A DNA stretch of 60,927 bases, filler included, from Sphacelaria rigidula (lineage: Eukaryota), in NCBI GenBank assembly GCA_964200075.2. It is 8 parts of 8 records of this genome, joined end to end, with 100 filler letters (N's around TTAATTAATTAA, not from the genome) between each part and the next. Parts side by side here need not be neighbours in the genome. Positions count along the whole stretch, not along the records: positions 1 to 7,529 come from CAXNAA020014487.1; positions 7,630 to 15,158 come from CAXNAA020014488.1; 6 more parts are not named here. One strand, given 5' to 3'. Each line of letters begins with the position of its first letter. The first letter of the stretch is position 1. The translations under genes and the position numbers were made by a program. Positions 1 to 11,714 of the stretch are shown piece by piece. Under the pieces are notes generated by a model that was given only the letters and a program-made list of their open reading frames with translations, was not told the origin of the DNA and did no database searches.

Positions 1-92
1 GATGCGAGGTCAATGGTCTGATGACTATGGCATGCATGATCATGAGTACACCCCCTCCCCCCTCCCTGACACGCGAGCCCCTTCAATCTCAC

Positions 93-2446
93 CCTGTGGA
101 CGTAAAAAAGAGGCCGAGCAGAAGGCCTTTGAAGGGTGCCACTACGGCCTCAACCTGGGTGCGATAGTTCGTCTCGGCCAACAAGGTGCCCGCCACGAAG
201 GCTCCCAGCGTGCTGCTCAAGCCGATAGACTCCGTCAGCTGCCCCACCCCGAGCGCGACGAGCAGGCACAGCGCGACAAACGTTTCGGAGCTCCTTGCGC
301 CTGCGAGGGCAGGACGGGGGGGGGAGGAGGAGAAGAATGGGGGGAAGGAGGAGAAGAAGGGCGGGGGGAAGGTGTACTTATTCGTTTCTTGCCTTAGTCG
401 TTTGACCATTGACCACACATCCCTTTCGAGGCGGAGCGATGGGCGGGGGGGGGGGGGATGGTATACAGTGCAAAGTTTTTATAGTTTTCGGCATGTACTC
501 GAAATAGATGTACAATACAGCGGAGGTCCCAGCGCAGTTCGGTGGGTCGCCAGCCGTGGGATAATCGCACTATACTGGGACCCGACGCTATGTACCACCA
601 TACATGTGCAATGACTTGATTTTTGTATTTTTTTGTTATGGTAAGGTGAGTCTGTGTCGTGATCATGGCTGGAATCGTCAAGGAGTACTTCACGTGCGAC
701 ATTCAATCAATCGATCAACCAATCGACGGATCGAACTTACGCCACGTGATCTTGGTCACATTTTTTATGGGACGCCGCACCGTAGGGGGACCGCACTGTA
801 GGTGGAACTCCCGCTTGACACGTTGACCGCGAAATACACGTACTGATTAATGTAGAACTTGGCCGCATATAGCACCCGGGCGGGCGTGAAATGACGGCAC
901 TTTATCAACTTTGTGTCTGGAGGGCACGTTGTTCATGTTCCTGAGATTTCGGTACCTCCTGTCCCCTAGACGACAAACACTCATGAGGATCATGTTCCAC
1001 GATCCATAGTTTTACAAGCTGTCTGGTGCCCCCAACGAGATTTTCTCTGTCTCCTTGTCCCTCTGTATCTGTCTCGTTGTATCTCTGTCTCTGTCTCTGC
1101 CTCCCTCTTCGACCCATCAGTTTGTGTCTGCGTCAAGAACACCACGTACACGATCCTAGACTCTACAACTAGAGAACCGACACAGTACCCGCAGTCGGTA
1201 GGTAGCCAGTATTCAGTCTTCCTTTTGTGGGAGCGTGGTGTTCTACAGACGTTCCATTTTTCTTTCATGAAGAAACGGTCTCGTGCTGCGAGGAGAGGTA
1301 GGGGGACATGACCGCTACAGATATTAATGATTAAACTCAAGGTTGAGAAACAAACATTCACCAGTTTTTGGGGTGATGTAGACTGTCACCCGCAGTAACA
1401 AAAAAAAATCGAGTACGTGGTCCACGGATCGTACATCAATTAGTGCATCAATTCGGGGGTTTTGGACTTGATTTCAGGTGATATGTAGGAATTCCTCTGC
1501 AATCAAGATCCGAAAAATATGTATGTAGACATGCTCCTTTGCAGATTAAACAATGGGGTGGGTTTTGAACGTCTCACCCTCATGCTCGCAGCAGCAGCCA
1601 GCTCAGTGCTGTTGTTCCCCTCCTTAAAGCCCATACAAGTCATTGTGACTGACTTGGGCAGGTGATGTGCGACTTTTCAAAATACCAAAATACCGGGTGT
1701 ACCCTGTCCGACACGCCCTTAAAAGGGTCCTTGAGGATCGCCTATCGTTGTTCGCGCGGATTTTGCTGTTGCGGAGGGCCATTCGAATCCGCGACACGAG
1801 AAGAAACGTCGGCTTTCCGCCAGGATAGCTCCGCGTCTCTGTGAACCACATGTGGCTTGGCGCACGCAGTATGTTGTGCGATACGGTGCTCGTTTCTCGT
1901 GTGATGTGACGGGTACACACGGTAAAGCACTGACTGTTCGAGTGAAATTATGCGTTTCATACAAAACGAGGCGACAATAAAAATAGGGGAAGGGTGGAAA
2001 AAAGAAAAAGAAAAAAAACACAAGACAGCAAAAAAATGAATCAAATTGTTTTGAAGAAAAATATATGGAAGAACAAAAAATAAAGAATACGAATCAGCGT
2101 TCTATTATGACACGCCATCATCCACTCGCGGTGTGGCAGTGCCGACAGGCAGCGACCGAAATAAATAATATATCTCCTCCCTTACAGGGTGCACGGTATT
2201 CTCGAAACATACGCAATACTCGTCAGTTCACAGGTAGCGTACTCTACTGCCGACGGCTCAATACCCCTATGTACATCATTTTTGGAATATCACTACTGAA
2301 TTGTTTCTGGCTCCGATTTTATTTTGTGGCTCTCTTTCACCCTAGCTTGGGTAGTTAGCCTGTGACCACGGAACGTGTCCGCATCAAATGCTCAGTACAG
2401 AGTGCTGCGCAGATATCGGAACGGTTTTTAATGTGAAGGCAACAAT

Positions 2447-2508
<62 letters not shown>

Positions 2509-5500
2509 ACAACACTAGTACTTGTTCTCCCATAACGCGTGTGTATCTGCGTGCGTGACGTGTTTTGAGAGTAGCGGTATGCGTCTGTCAAGTTATTTCT
2601 ACAACTTCAATCAAGACGGCCTTGTTCGTTCAAGTACTCTCGTACTCAACTCCATATCCTGTAACTTTGTCCTCGATTTTGTCCTTGGCCGGTGCTCTTG
2701 CGGGGTTTCCTGGATTTTGTACTTGAACCTGCTCTACGGTACTGCTTCCTAGGGTTTCATCACTTCGAAAGGTTCCTTCTTCTCTATTCTCTCTCGTTCT
2801 CTCCCCACTTGTGTACGTGTGTGTGTGTGTGTGTGTGCGTGTGTGTGTGCGTGTTGTTTCCTCCCAGTGTATGTATGTCGCACTTGATGCCTCGTAGGGT
2901 TTATAGGTGAGAGCCTATACCTTAGGGGGTCAGTTAAAGTGCGACAATCAATCAATCAATCAATCAATCTATACCCAACATTGTGTGATCCAAATACACG
3001 AGCCAAAATCTGTCCCCACACGGACTTTTGTTTTTTCTCGATCGGGTACGACTGCGCGTGCTGTTGCGCGAGACCCTTTCCCGCCGGACGCCATGTTGTG
3101 AAAGCCAGCCATCACTATTTTTGTTCTTCTTTGCACTGTGCAATTGTGGGTTTGTTTTTTGTCCTTATTTCTCCAGCCCATTCTTTGTGTGTGTTCCACC
3201 TTTGCGTTTTCTTCACTCTCCTTCAGCGGATGTTTTCGTTTTCTTCTATCTCCGGTACATCCACGTATCATGTGACCACAGCGGGATCCACGGGGGAACA
3301 GTTATTGTGCGACAGTCAATCAAACCAACCAACCAAATTAATAAGGGGGACACGGGAGTTCATACAGTCACGCTATAGCTCCGATTCCCCCTCCCCCTTC
3401 CCCGTATACCCCTGATGGTAAGACACTCATGAGGCGGTGTGAAACCCGTGGATGTCTATGGAAGCAGCGATACCAGAAAACGAAACAACTCATTCGAGGC
3501 TGCCATCCACATGTAGAGACAATCAGAAAGCTTCGGGCCGGACGATCTTAGCAGGGGTGGGTGCAGCTCACCCCTCACTCGACTCGCCGAACAACCCAGC
3601 ACGGCGCTTCGCACTCGGCGATCGATTGCGAGCCTTGGTCCGGCGGAAACCCAGCGTGCTCCACCCCGGCTTTGTAGGGATGCGAGGTCAATGATCTTTA
3701 CGACTACGACATGCAAGACCATGAGTATAACCCCGTACCCCTCTCCCCTTCCTCACCTGCGACCAGGTCAAAAACCGGACGGAGGAAGAAGCGACCAGCC
3801 ACCAGGATAGCACCCAAACCTCCCACCCCCTTCGCCACCGTGCCCCCGAGGAAAGCCAGCTGATCCACCAGCGCGCCACCCGTCCCACTCTGAGTCTCTA
3901 TGATGGGCAGCAGAACCAAGAGCGGTACCACGGCGATGTCTTGCAACAGCAGAACGCCCAGCACTGCTCGTCCGAACCTCTCCGCCTTTTGCCCCTTTTC
4001 CTGTGGAAGTGTCGGGCGCGCCGGGGTAAGTGGGGGGGCGTACTCATTTGCTGCTTCCCTTAGTCGTTTGACCATTGACCACGCATCCCTTTCATGACAG
4101 AGCACCGCGGGATTCAGGGGAGAGGCCAGCGAAGCAAAGAATTCAAAATACAAGCTCTGCCCTGGTGTGCTGGGGGCGGAAGATCGAGGATTCGAATCTC
4201 GACGGAAACAGTTTTTTTGTCTTTTTTTTTCCTCTTAACGGGCAGAGTCTGATTTATTCCGTCGACATAGAGCGTGAGAAAGGGACAGTGTGTGTATATA
4301 TGTCTGTGTGTTGTCATCTCATGTGTTCTGGACGCCAGCCTACAACGTTCCATGTATGAAGGCGTATCAGTTGGGGTCACACAGGGGTTTTGAGTTTATA
4401 TTGTGTTTTATTTAGAGCGCTCCAACCTTCTTCTGTGGTGCGCGCCTTACTTTTTACGGCGAGGAAGGTCCAGGATTCCCGTTCCCTCGTCGACCGTGGA
4501 GTCAAATTTGTGCACTCACGACACACTCTCCACTGTTGTTGGGCATGAGGGGAGAAAAAATCCCAGATGGTGTGATTTCACCGAGATTCGAACCCACCTT
4601 CCAACCTTCACAATGTTTCGAGGTTACCAACTGAGCCACCGGGGCAACCGGCTTTAGCACACACACACGCACATGCACACACACAAAAAACCGAAGAGTC
4701 GAAGCGATGCAGAAGTGCTGATCCACTGAATGGATGAACTTAGAGACGAGCAGCCAAGGCAGCATGACATTTTGAACAACACACGAAAAAAAAAAGAGAA
4801 AACATCAGTGCGATTACGTGATGTTATTTTTATGGTATGTATGCATGTATATATGTCATGTCTGATATGCTTAGAGACCAAAAATAAGTTTTTGAGATAT
4901 GTGACCGGAGGATGACCCCAGTACTGGAGAAAAAACTAGATCATACCCCACTTTTTTTTTCACGGAGGCAAACAAAGCAACCAAGGGTTTGTCAAGACTA
5001 CGACATGTCGAAATCGCACGTTCATCAACCATGGGGCTTCTGGTGCACAAGGCATGCCGCCGAGTAGGGCGGCGCGTGCACTGCGCCAGGTTGACGGGGT
5101 TACTTTTGTTAGTGGGGTTCAACTCCCACGCTATTAATAGCTTTAGAAAAGCTTTCACACCCTGGACATCAGATGACATTGCCAAAAAGTGTACTGCGTG
5201 CAGTATCGGCTATTGCGCCTATTGCACTAGACAGTAAATCCACCCATGTTGTACGCAGTACACTTTTTGACAATGTGATCCATTGTCCAGGGTATGAAAG
5301 TTTTCCGGACGCTCGAGGCGCCTACCCCGTATGACCGCCGTAGGATGGCCTGGCAGAGCCTCCGGGGTAATCGGCACACGAACCCCTTCGCGGGGGCAAA
5401 AAAGTGTCGGGTGGGGCCTTCCTCATCCCTTCAACGGAAGAAAAAAAGTGGGCATGTCGCAGCTGCCTGCGACTTCACCGCCGGCCTCTTGAAAATCACA

Positions 5501-6835
5501 ACACGGTCACTTCCGGGCCCTGCTTCGTTTCGCTCTACTCTCGTCACCTCTACTACGTACCTGTCCCTTACACGCTTCCAAGGATCGGACGGAAAAAGAA
5601 TACTCGTGAGAACATTAATTGCTTCTAGTGATATTGATTTGTACCGTACAAATTCCAATCCTTGGGCTTTGGTTCCAGTGTTGCACCCCAGGTACGCGCA
5701 CCCCGGGCGGGTGGAACAGCGCAAACATTGAACATTTCGTGGACTTTTTTTTAACCTCGACACTTTTTACGATAGCCCCCCCCCCCCCCAAAAAAAAAAG
5801 GAAAAAAGTGGCTGGGTTGGGGAGGCAAAATCTACGCGTAAATCGAAATGGAAGAAGCCGAGCACAACGAGCAGCTGGGAATTCCCACGCTTGAGTCTAT
5901 TTTCGCCAATGTCGCCCTCGCGAAGCACTTCATGCACAGCCTGGAACCAAACATCAGGGGCTGTATGACCATTTTCTTGGTGACAGTTGTGAGCTGGTTC
6001 CGGGGGGGGGGGGGGGGGGGGGGGGGGGTTTTTGGTGGAAAATGTCTCCGGGTGGAAAGGTTGTTTTTTTTTTTTTGGCCCGGCGGGCCGGGGGATGTGG
6101 AATTTTTNNNNNNNNNNGGGGCGGGGGGGGGGGGGGGGGGGAGCAGGGGGCATTATCGTAGAAAATGTCTCTCGCTGTAAACGTTCTATTTTCTCTTTCG
6201 AGCCGTCAGGTCTGAGGAATTGTACATTTTGCTGGCTCGATCCAGCGATGATTCGTCTAACCCTTGAAACCTTCAAAGCGGAGCTAAGCAAATACATTGT
6301 ATACCCCGGAGAGGGGGAAGCGCCCAGCACAAGGGATAAGCGCAACTTTGGATTGCTCAGCACCACGGTACTCAAGTACATGCATGCTTATATGCCCATT
6401 TGCATGCATACATGAATACATACATGTGTGCGTATGTATATTCATAAACACACATACACGCATCACATACCTATATACATATATACATACATACATACAT
6501 ACATACATACATACGAGTACGAAAAATTCACAAAATATCTAATTTCAGATGAAAATCACTACTATGAAAATCACTAAATGATGATGTGCGCTGCTAGACA
6601 CGGCGCTCTGGCAAAACTGCGTTGTGCAGAGCGCCGTGGCTCACCTAGGAAAGATCCTTATCTAGTTCGAAATACGCCCCGAGATCGCAGGATGTCGTTA
6701 AGTACGCACTGGCTAGCCGGTATGATGACCCCTGGCTAACCTGCAAGATCTTCAGCACGAAGGCTGAGCTGGAGAGTGAGAGAGCAGCGCCGATGACAAT
6801 AGCTTCGTCGACCCTCCGGATGTTGACCAACTCTG
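93..6835 (-). CDS. KEA3: KEA3-like K+/H+ antiporter (CPA2 family, thylakoid type), partial: three internal exons 6835(or 6832)-6741, 4000-3757, 300-93
   Basis: Spliced product: ELVNIRRVDEAIVIGAALSLSSSAFVLKILQ|EKGQKAERFGRAVLGVLLLQDIAVVPLLVLLPIIE...GRFFLRPVFDLVAG|ARSSETFVALCLLVALGVGQLTESIGLSSTLGAFVAGTLLAETNYRTQVEAVVAPFKGLLLGLFFTSTG. All junctions are GT-AG with matching phases (0, then 1). The LSSSA, LLLQD and GAFxAGxLLAETNY motifs are CPA2/KefB-like, and the LVNIR..DEA.VIGAALSLSSSAFVL stretch is recalled as typical of KEA3. 5' and 3' exons lie off-contig. Confidence 0.88.
2440..2513. repeat. (ACA)n microsatellite
   Basis: Direct trinucleotide run. Confidence 0.97.
2816..2853. repeat. (GT)n microsatellite
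   Basis: Direct dinucleotide run with GC interruptions. Confidence 0.95.
4288..4652 (-). mobile_element. tRNA-derived SINE (family 1), near full length
   Basis: Minus-strand head GCCGGTTGCCCCGGTGGCTCAGTTGGTAACC...GGGTTCGAATCTCGG carries Pol III A- and B-box-like motifs. The body is shared with 32525-32602 and ~33895-34157, the head with 53401-53473, and the 3' end with its (CA)n-like tail is seen at ~37975-38044. Confidence 0.8.
5146..5305. repeat. ~160-bp inverted repeat (hairpin) in KEA3 intron
   Basis: GAAAAGCTTTCACACCCTGGACATCAGATGACATTGCCAAAAAGTGTACTGCGTGCA (5146-~5202) pairs with TGTACGCAGTACACTTTTTGACAATGTGATCCATTGTCCAGGGTATGAAAGTTTTC (~5250-5305). Confidence 0.85.
6410..6513. repeat. 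(ATAC)n / AC-rich microsatellite
   Basis: Direct tetranucleotide run, degenerate on its 5' side. Confidence 0.9.
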
Positions 6836-9532
6836 CTGGTGAGTGGAAAACAATCTGTCACATACGCGGAGCGAGGAAAATTACATGACAAGAAAGGGGG
6901 GAGTGGGTATTTTGAAACAAAAAAAAATCGGTATGCGTCAGAGGTGACAGGAGGGTGGGATGGATTGGGGGTGCGGGGTGTGGGGGGAGAAGGGTGTACT
7001 CATGATGTTGCATGCCGCAGTCATAAGACCATTGACCTCGCATCGCCAGAACGTCGGGACGGAGCACGCCGGGTTCTCGCCGGATCAGGCTCGCAATCTA
7101 TCACCAAGCGCCAAGCGCCGTGATGTGTTCGGCGAGTCGCGTGAAGGGTGAGCTGCATCCTGCTGAGATTGGTCGGCCCGAAGCGTACTGATTATGTCGC
7201 GTATGGATGACAGACTTAAATGAGTTGCTTCATTGTTTGGTATCGTCACTTCAAGAGACAGCCATGGGTCCCACAATGCCTCATGGGCGTCGTCTCACCA
7301 TTTAAACACTACGTAGTACGACCATCCCCTTTGCGCGGAGTAAAGATTCTCTACCGCGAGCAACATGATTAATAACAGTTCAATCGCCAATATGGTTACC
7401 ACAAAAAACAGAAGCGAAAAGAGAAAGGAAAAAAGGGTGACCTGGAACACTTTCTATGATAACAAGCGGCCACGGTCACCCACTGCAACGAATTCGCAAC
7501 ACCAATGAAAGCTACGTAGATAGTTACATNNNNNNNNNNNNNNNNNNNNNNNNNNNNNNNNNNNNNNNNNNNNTTAATTAATTAANNNNNNNNNNNNNNN
7601 NNNNNNNNNNNNNNNNNNNNNNNNNNNNNACTTTGCAGGGCTGAACGCTAATACTGTACTGTCCCCATTTATATATGCGTGACGGTTCTTATCCGTTCCA
7701 TGGACCAACAATCGATTACATGATACCTGTCCGTTGGTGACGGAAGAGCCTATAGCTTGAACCTGACACCAGCCCCGAGATCGCAACAGCACGATGTCAC
7801 ATAAACCCCCGCAAGCACAAAAGACCGACGCGTTGTGATTTGTGAGTCCAGTTCTTGTGTCGATGACGAGAGACTCGGGAATCATTCGCGGAGAGACAGG
7901 GGCATGATCGTTGTGGCGCCCGTGAACGGTAAAGGAGCGGGAAAAGAGCCGAATGTGTGGGTGCTATATGGGTGGAGTTGTCCCGTGGGCTCCCTTGCGC
8001 GCAGTGTGCCGTATCAGGTACAGTATAGCAAGCGATGGCCCAGCACAGGTATTTTCCGGGCCGACTGATGGCTCAGATGAGAGATGAGTCAAAAAGCATT
8101 CCTGGATGAGGTATATCCGGTGGATCTTTGGCAGAGAAAGGCGACGTGGTTTCTGGAGTCAAGGCGCCCTTTTGCTCATGGCCGTATATCGCGAGTAACG
8201 TGTTTCTTTCTTTTTCTGTTTTTTATCGAGGCCCGGGTGCGAAGGAGCCCCCCGATCGATGTGCGTGAAAAAAACGGAGCGTAAACGGTCTAGACGGTGT
8301 GTTTTGCCGTTCTCGCATTCCTGGTCGTTTTTCGTGCCTTTCTTGGGCAAAATCGAGAATGTACACAATTTATAGGCAGTTGCCCTACACATCACTTCGT
8401 ATACGTCAAAGGGGGCAAAGTAATGGATAATTCACGTGTTTCCGGGGTTTGAAACTACCATGGTGTGCGACAAATGTCAAGCCTTGGCTGGCTCACCAGT
8501 CACGGTGCTCTCATGTTCGAAACTGCACACATCCCGATTCACTGAATTGCGTACAACTGTTCGAAAGCTCACTACTCAGTAAGTACCGAGCCCAGATTGC
8601 ACAGTGATCGAGCCTATGCCGGCCTCGTCGCGATGCACACAAGGCCGGTCTTGCGCCGTACTGTGTCCTATGTTGAGTTCAGTCGTGCCCTTCGCCGAGT
8701 GTATCAAAAGCCAAAAGCACGCCATGCATATGTGCACTATCGGCAATTCATGCACCATACACGCACCACAAAACTAGAGCTTTGCGCGCAGAGAACGTGA
8801 GCTCTTATTATCGCGAGTATAAACAACGGTGCTTCTTTGACCCATGAACTGCGTGTCATTCATGATGCGCCCCGTGCCCTAGAGTTCTAGTTTAGGATCT
8901 CTTCGCTATACGCACTCTCCGCTCTTGCTTCGGAACAAATCGGCAATTTTCGATGTCAAATTCTTCTGTCCAAGAATTTTTCATCAACTAGGCAAGAATA
9001 TCCAAATGGGCATACTATTTGCGTCCACCCCCCTCCCGCCGCTTTTTACGGCGAAGTCATATTTAGTACTGGTGCTTGCTGATGCCCTCGATCGACGTGA
9101 ACAAGCTCTATAGTACACAACGTGTGCTCCCACCACGCCTAAAGGCATGCTCAGGTCCTGGCTCGTACAACTGGACCCTCTCACGAAGTATTGACTGAAA
9201 TTTTCTTTCCTGCTGCACAATCTTGTCTTTTTTCTCACACAGCTGCTCTTCTTGGGGATCTCATTCACCTTGCAGGCGTTTGCGCTGCTGGTGCCGGATC
9301 CAACGGCGAAGTCAAAATCGAAAACGTCTTCGATTTCGATGAGCAGTTTTATGAAGACACGACCCGCAGTAAAATGATGAAAGCAAGTATTCGGACGTGA
9401 TCATATCATGTGTACATTCTGTCGATAGTGACAATAGCAGAGGTGGCAATATATTGCGTTAGTATCGCTGATTCACTTCGTCAGGATATGGGTCGTGACA
9501 TATTGAAATCAACCAATACATATGTATATATT

Positions 9533-9615
9533 GTCGCCGCGCCCCGGGTGTGTAATGGTCCGACTGTCGCCTTTGAGGTGGAGAAGAAGGGGGTTCGAAT
9601 CCCGACGCGTTGGTT
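9533..9615 (+). mobile_element. tRNA-like SINE head (family 2) or tRNA pseudogene
   Basis: GTGTAATGG (A-box-like) and GGGTTCGAATCCC (B-box/T-loop) are present, but no convincing acceptor stem forms. Confidence 0.5.
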
Positions 9616-10994
9616 TTTTTTTCGTAACGTATGATTTCCACCGTGGAAAGCGTGAGAACGTGAGTAAACAAAATAGTCGACTGGGTTTGTTTGACGTGAG
9701 TTGACGCGGTGTGGGAATGCTGACCCAATCCGCGAGACCAAAATGAACGGCACGTACCAGGGGAGAGATGGGTTGATCCCTTGGGACCGCGGACTCATCC
9801 CGAGGAAGGGAAAGGGTTCCAAGTGTGGGGAAAAGAAATGAAATATTTTGGTTCCAATAGACAGCCTCGTTGTTTCCAGTGTGCGCGTTCGCACTCCTTA
9901 GCCCATGGGGCACAGGCGGTTGAGAGGATGTCGGTTGCGCGGACGGGGTTTTCGCCCGAGAATCAGAATTACCAGGCGAGTACACTGCGAGTCCTACACG
10001 TTTCCATCCCTGTTCTGTTTCCGCTACTGCTCCTCGTGATCTGTGACGTATTTATAGTGCCAACCAGACATCTCGTCCACCCTGATCAACATCACACCGC
10101 CATCACCGTGCGCATTTCAGGCGAGCTGGCGACACCAGTTCCACTCCGCTATACTCTTATCATGGCGCATTGCGAAAACCATCACCACGGTGTTTGTTGG
10201 CGGTGCGAGGGAATTATCGGTCAGCACGTGCATGTCGTGGACTGCAGCTGTGTTCGTCATCGGATCACCCGGTAGATGGAGGTGGGGGTGGCGGTTGGGA
10301 TGGCGGTTGGGGCGGCGGTGGAGAAGACTGCGCGCTCTTGTTGAGAATGGACTTTGAGCAAGCAAATGTGGAGGAATTAAGGCATTGGATTCGAAGGTGG
10401 GCGAGATCTAGAGACGTGATAACGGAGGAGGACACAGACCGACAGACAGAGATGCAGAGACGGATAGATGGAGGAAGACGGAGATGTATGCTTTCAATCA
10501 AGCCGCCGCTCCGCGGTGCTCTAACTGCTCCACCGATGGCCAGTTGAGGCATAACAAGGTTGCTATTTCGAATGCCGCCAGATGCGATCTTTGTGAAAAT
10601 AAATCTGTTTTCCGTGATTGAAAGCGTGCTGATGGAAGTAGCAAAGAAAGTTCGTCGAAAGTCGACGGTGTAGGGGGTGGGGATTTAGTCTTCGATAACC
10701 AAGTATCAGGTGGGTACCAGGCGAGAAACGGCGTGATACCTTGTGGCTACGGACTCATGCCGTGGAATGGAAGAAGATCAAGGTATGGCAGGAGCGAAAA
10801 TTATCACACGGATTGCTAAGGAGCAACATATGATGTACAGAGAAGGAACGGAAGGAGGCAGAGAGCGATGGTGCGCACCATCCTACGTTTCAGGTTCCCC
10901 TTGGAAGTTCTTCGCGGGGTACTCCTTGCGGGTTATACTTTGAAGTATTGGGGTATGTGTTGGAATTTTCCATGGTTCCGCAAAAATTTCCAAG

Positions 10995-11150
10995 TTTCAC
11001 TATCGTACCGCCGTGTCACAGTATTCCCGTTCACTGTGAAAACCATACCGTGAATCCCTGGTACCGTGCCATGCCGCACTGCACACCACCCGTGAGCCGT
11101 CGCACCGTACGGTGACCGACGAAGACCGTACGGCACGAATACCGTGAAAC
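10995..11150. repeat. Degenerate ACCGT-rich tandem repeat
   Basis: Recurrent TACCGTG/CACCGTAC/ACCGTACGG words. Confidence 0.55.
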
Positions 11151-11261
11151 ACCTGCGCACTGTTCCCTACAAACATGAACCGATATTTGTATATGCGTCA
11201 CGGCCTTAGCTGGCATCTTTTCGGGCCGCATTGAAGATAATTCAGGTAATGGAGCCAATTC

Positions 11262-11714
11262 TGATGGGAGCAGTTCAAAAATCCTGTCGAAAATTGCCTT
11301 TTGAGCCCCTCTATGCCGTTTTTATGCCCGAAGAGAGAGATAGGCGGGTGTTGACGCCTTGGAATGATTTGCTCTACTCGTTGAGGCCGTTCCAGGCAAC
11401 TTTGCGTTTCCCGCTGGCCGCAGTTTCTTTTTTGTCCATACTTTCATCTTGAGCAATAAACGATCAGGTGATCAAAATACTGACAAAATTCCTCTGCTTT
11501 TTCATCACTCGACCGTTTGTTACTGAAACTACCAGTTTGGCCAAAAGTAAAACTGCGGCCAGCGGCAAACGCAGAGTGGCCCTGGAATGATCTCAATGAC
11601 AAGAGCAAGTCATTCCGAGGCGTTAACATCCGCCTGGCTCTCTTTTCGGGCGTAAAACGACGGAGGAGGGGCCCAAAAGGCAGTTTTCGACAGGATTTTG
11701 AACGGTTCCCATCA
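11262..11714. mobile_element. Foldback MITE with ~180-bp inverted arms
   Basis: TGATGGGAGCAGTTCAAAAATCCTGTCGAAAATTGCCTTTTG...GCTGGCCGCAGTTT (11262-~11440) is the imperfect reverse complement of ~11535-11714. A related arm pair occurs at ~54500-55380. Confidence 0.82.

Larger units (their letters stand above)
1..7302. repeat. Dispersed repeat subfamily B (~320 bp): copies at 1-55 (+, end only), 3413-3735 (+), ~6993-7302 (-)
   Basis: 3413-3735 aligns by eye with the reverse complement of ~6993-7302 (shared ..CTCGCCGAAC..CGGCGCTT..GATTGCGAGCC..GATGCGAGGTCAATG..CATGAGTA). The copy at 1-55 shares the same terminus. Confidence 0.85.

Noticed and set aside
2355..2591. Poly-Cys, poly-Thr and poly-Gln ORFs (also 30566-31115)
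   Set aside because: These are translations of microsatellites.
3412..3452. Hammerhead ribozyme (CTGATGG...GAAAC) at the start of repeat B
   Set aside because: The core is CTGATGG rather than CTGAnGA, the stems are unconvincing, and the motif is not kept in the ~7300 copy.
372..3735. A single 3.4-kb TIR transposon filling the KEA3 intron
   Set aside because: The A and B ends occur independently and in other arrangements elsewhere, B has its own flanking duplication, and there is no TSD around the whole span.
4570..4652. Functional tRNA genes (also 9533-9615, ~22330-22400, 34085-34157, 53401-53473)
   Set aside because: A/B boxes are present but no full cloverleaf forms; the family 1 heads are attached to a shared repeat body, indicating SINEs.
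5767..6415. Long Pro/Gly-rich ORFs spanning 10-N gaps (also 39453-39836 and 41435-42163)
   Set aside because: They derive from poly-G/C/A runs and low-quality sequence, mostly beside gaps; not credible proteins.
7574..7585. TTAATTAATTAA recurring every ~7.63 kb as a biological periodic motif
   Set aside because: It is always embedded in N44 flanks and is an artificial six-frame stop linker.
10170..10943. Possible LINE or RT relic in contig 2
   Set aside because: Protein-like text but no diagnostic motif; a GYRRLN word on the minus strand has no supporting context.
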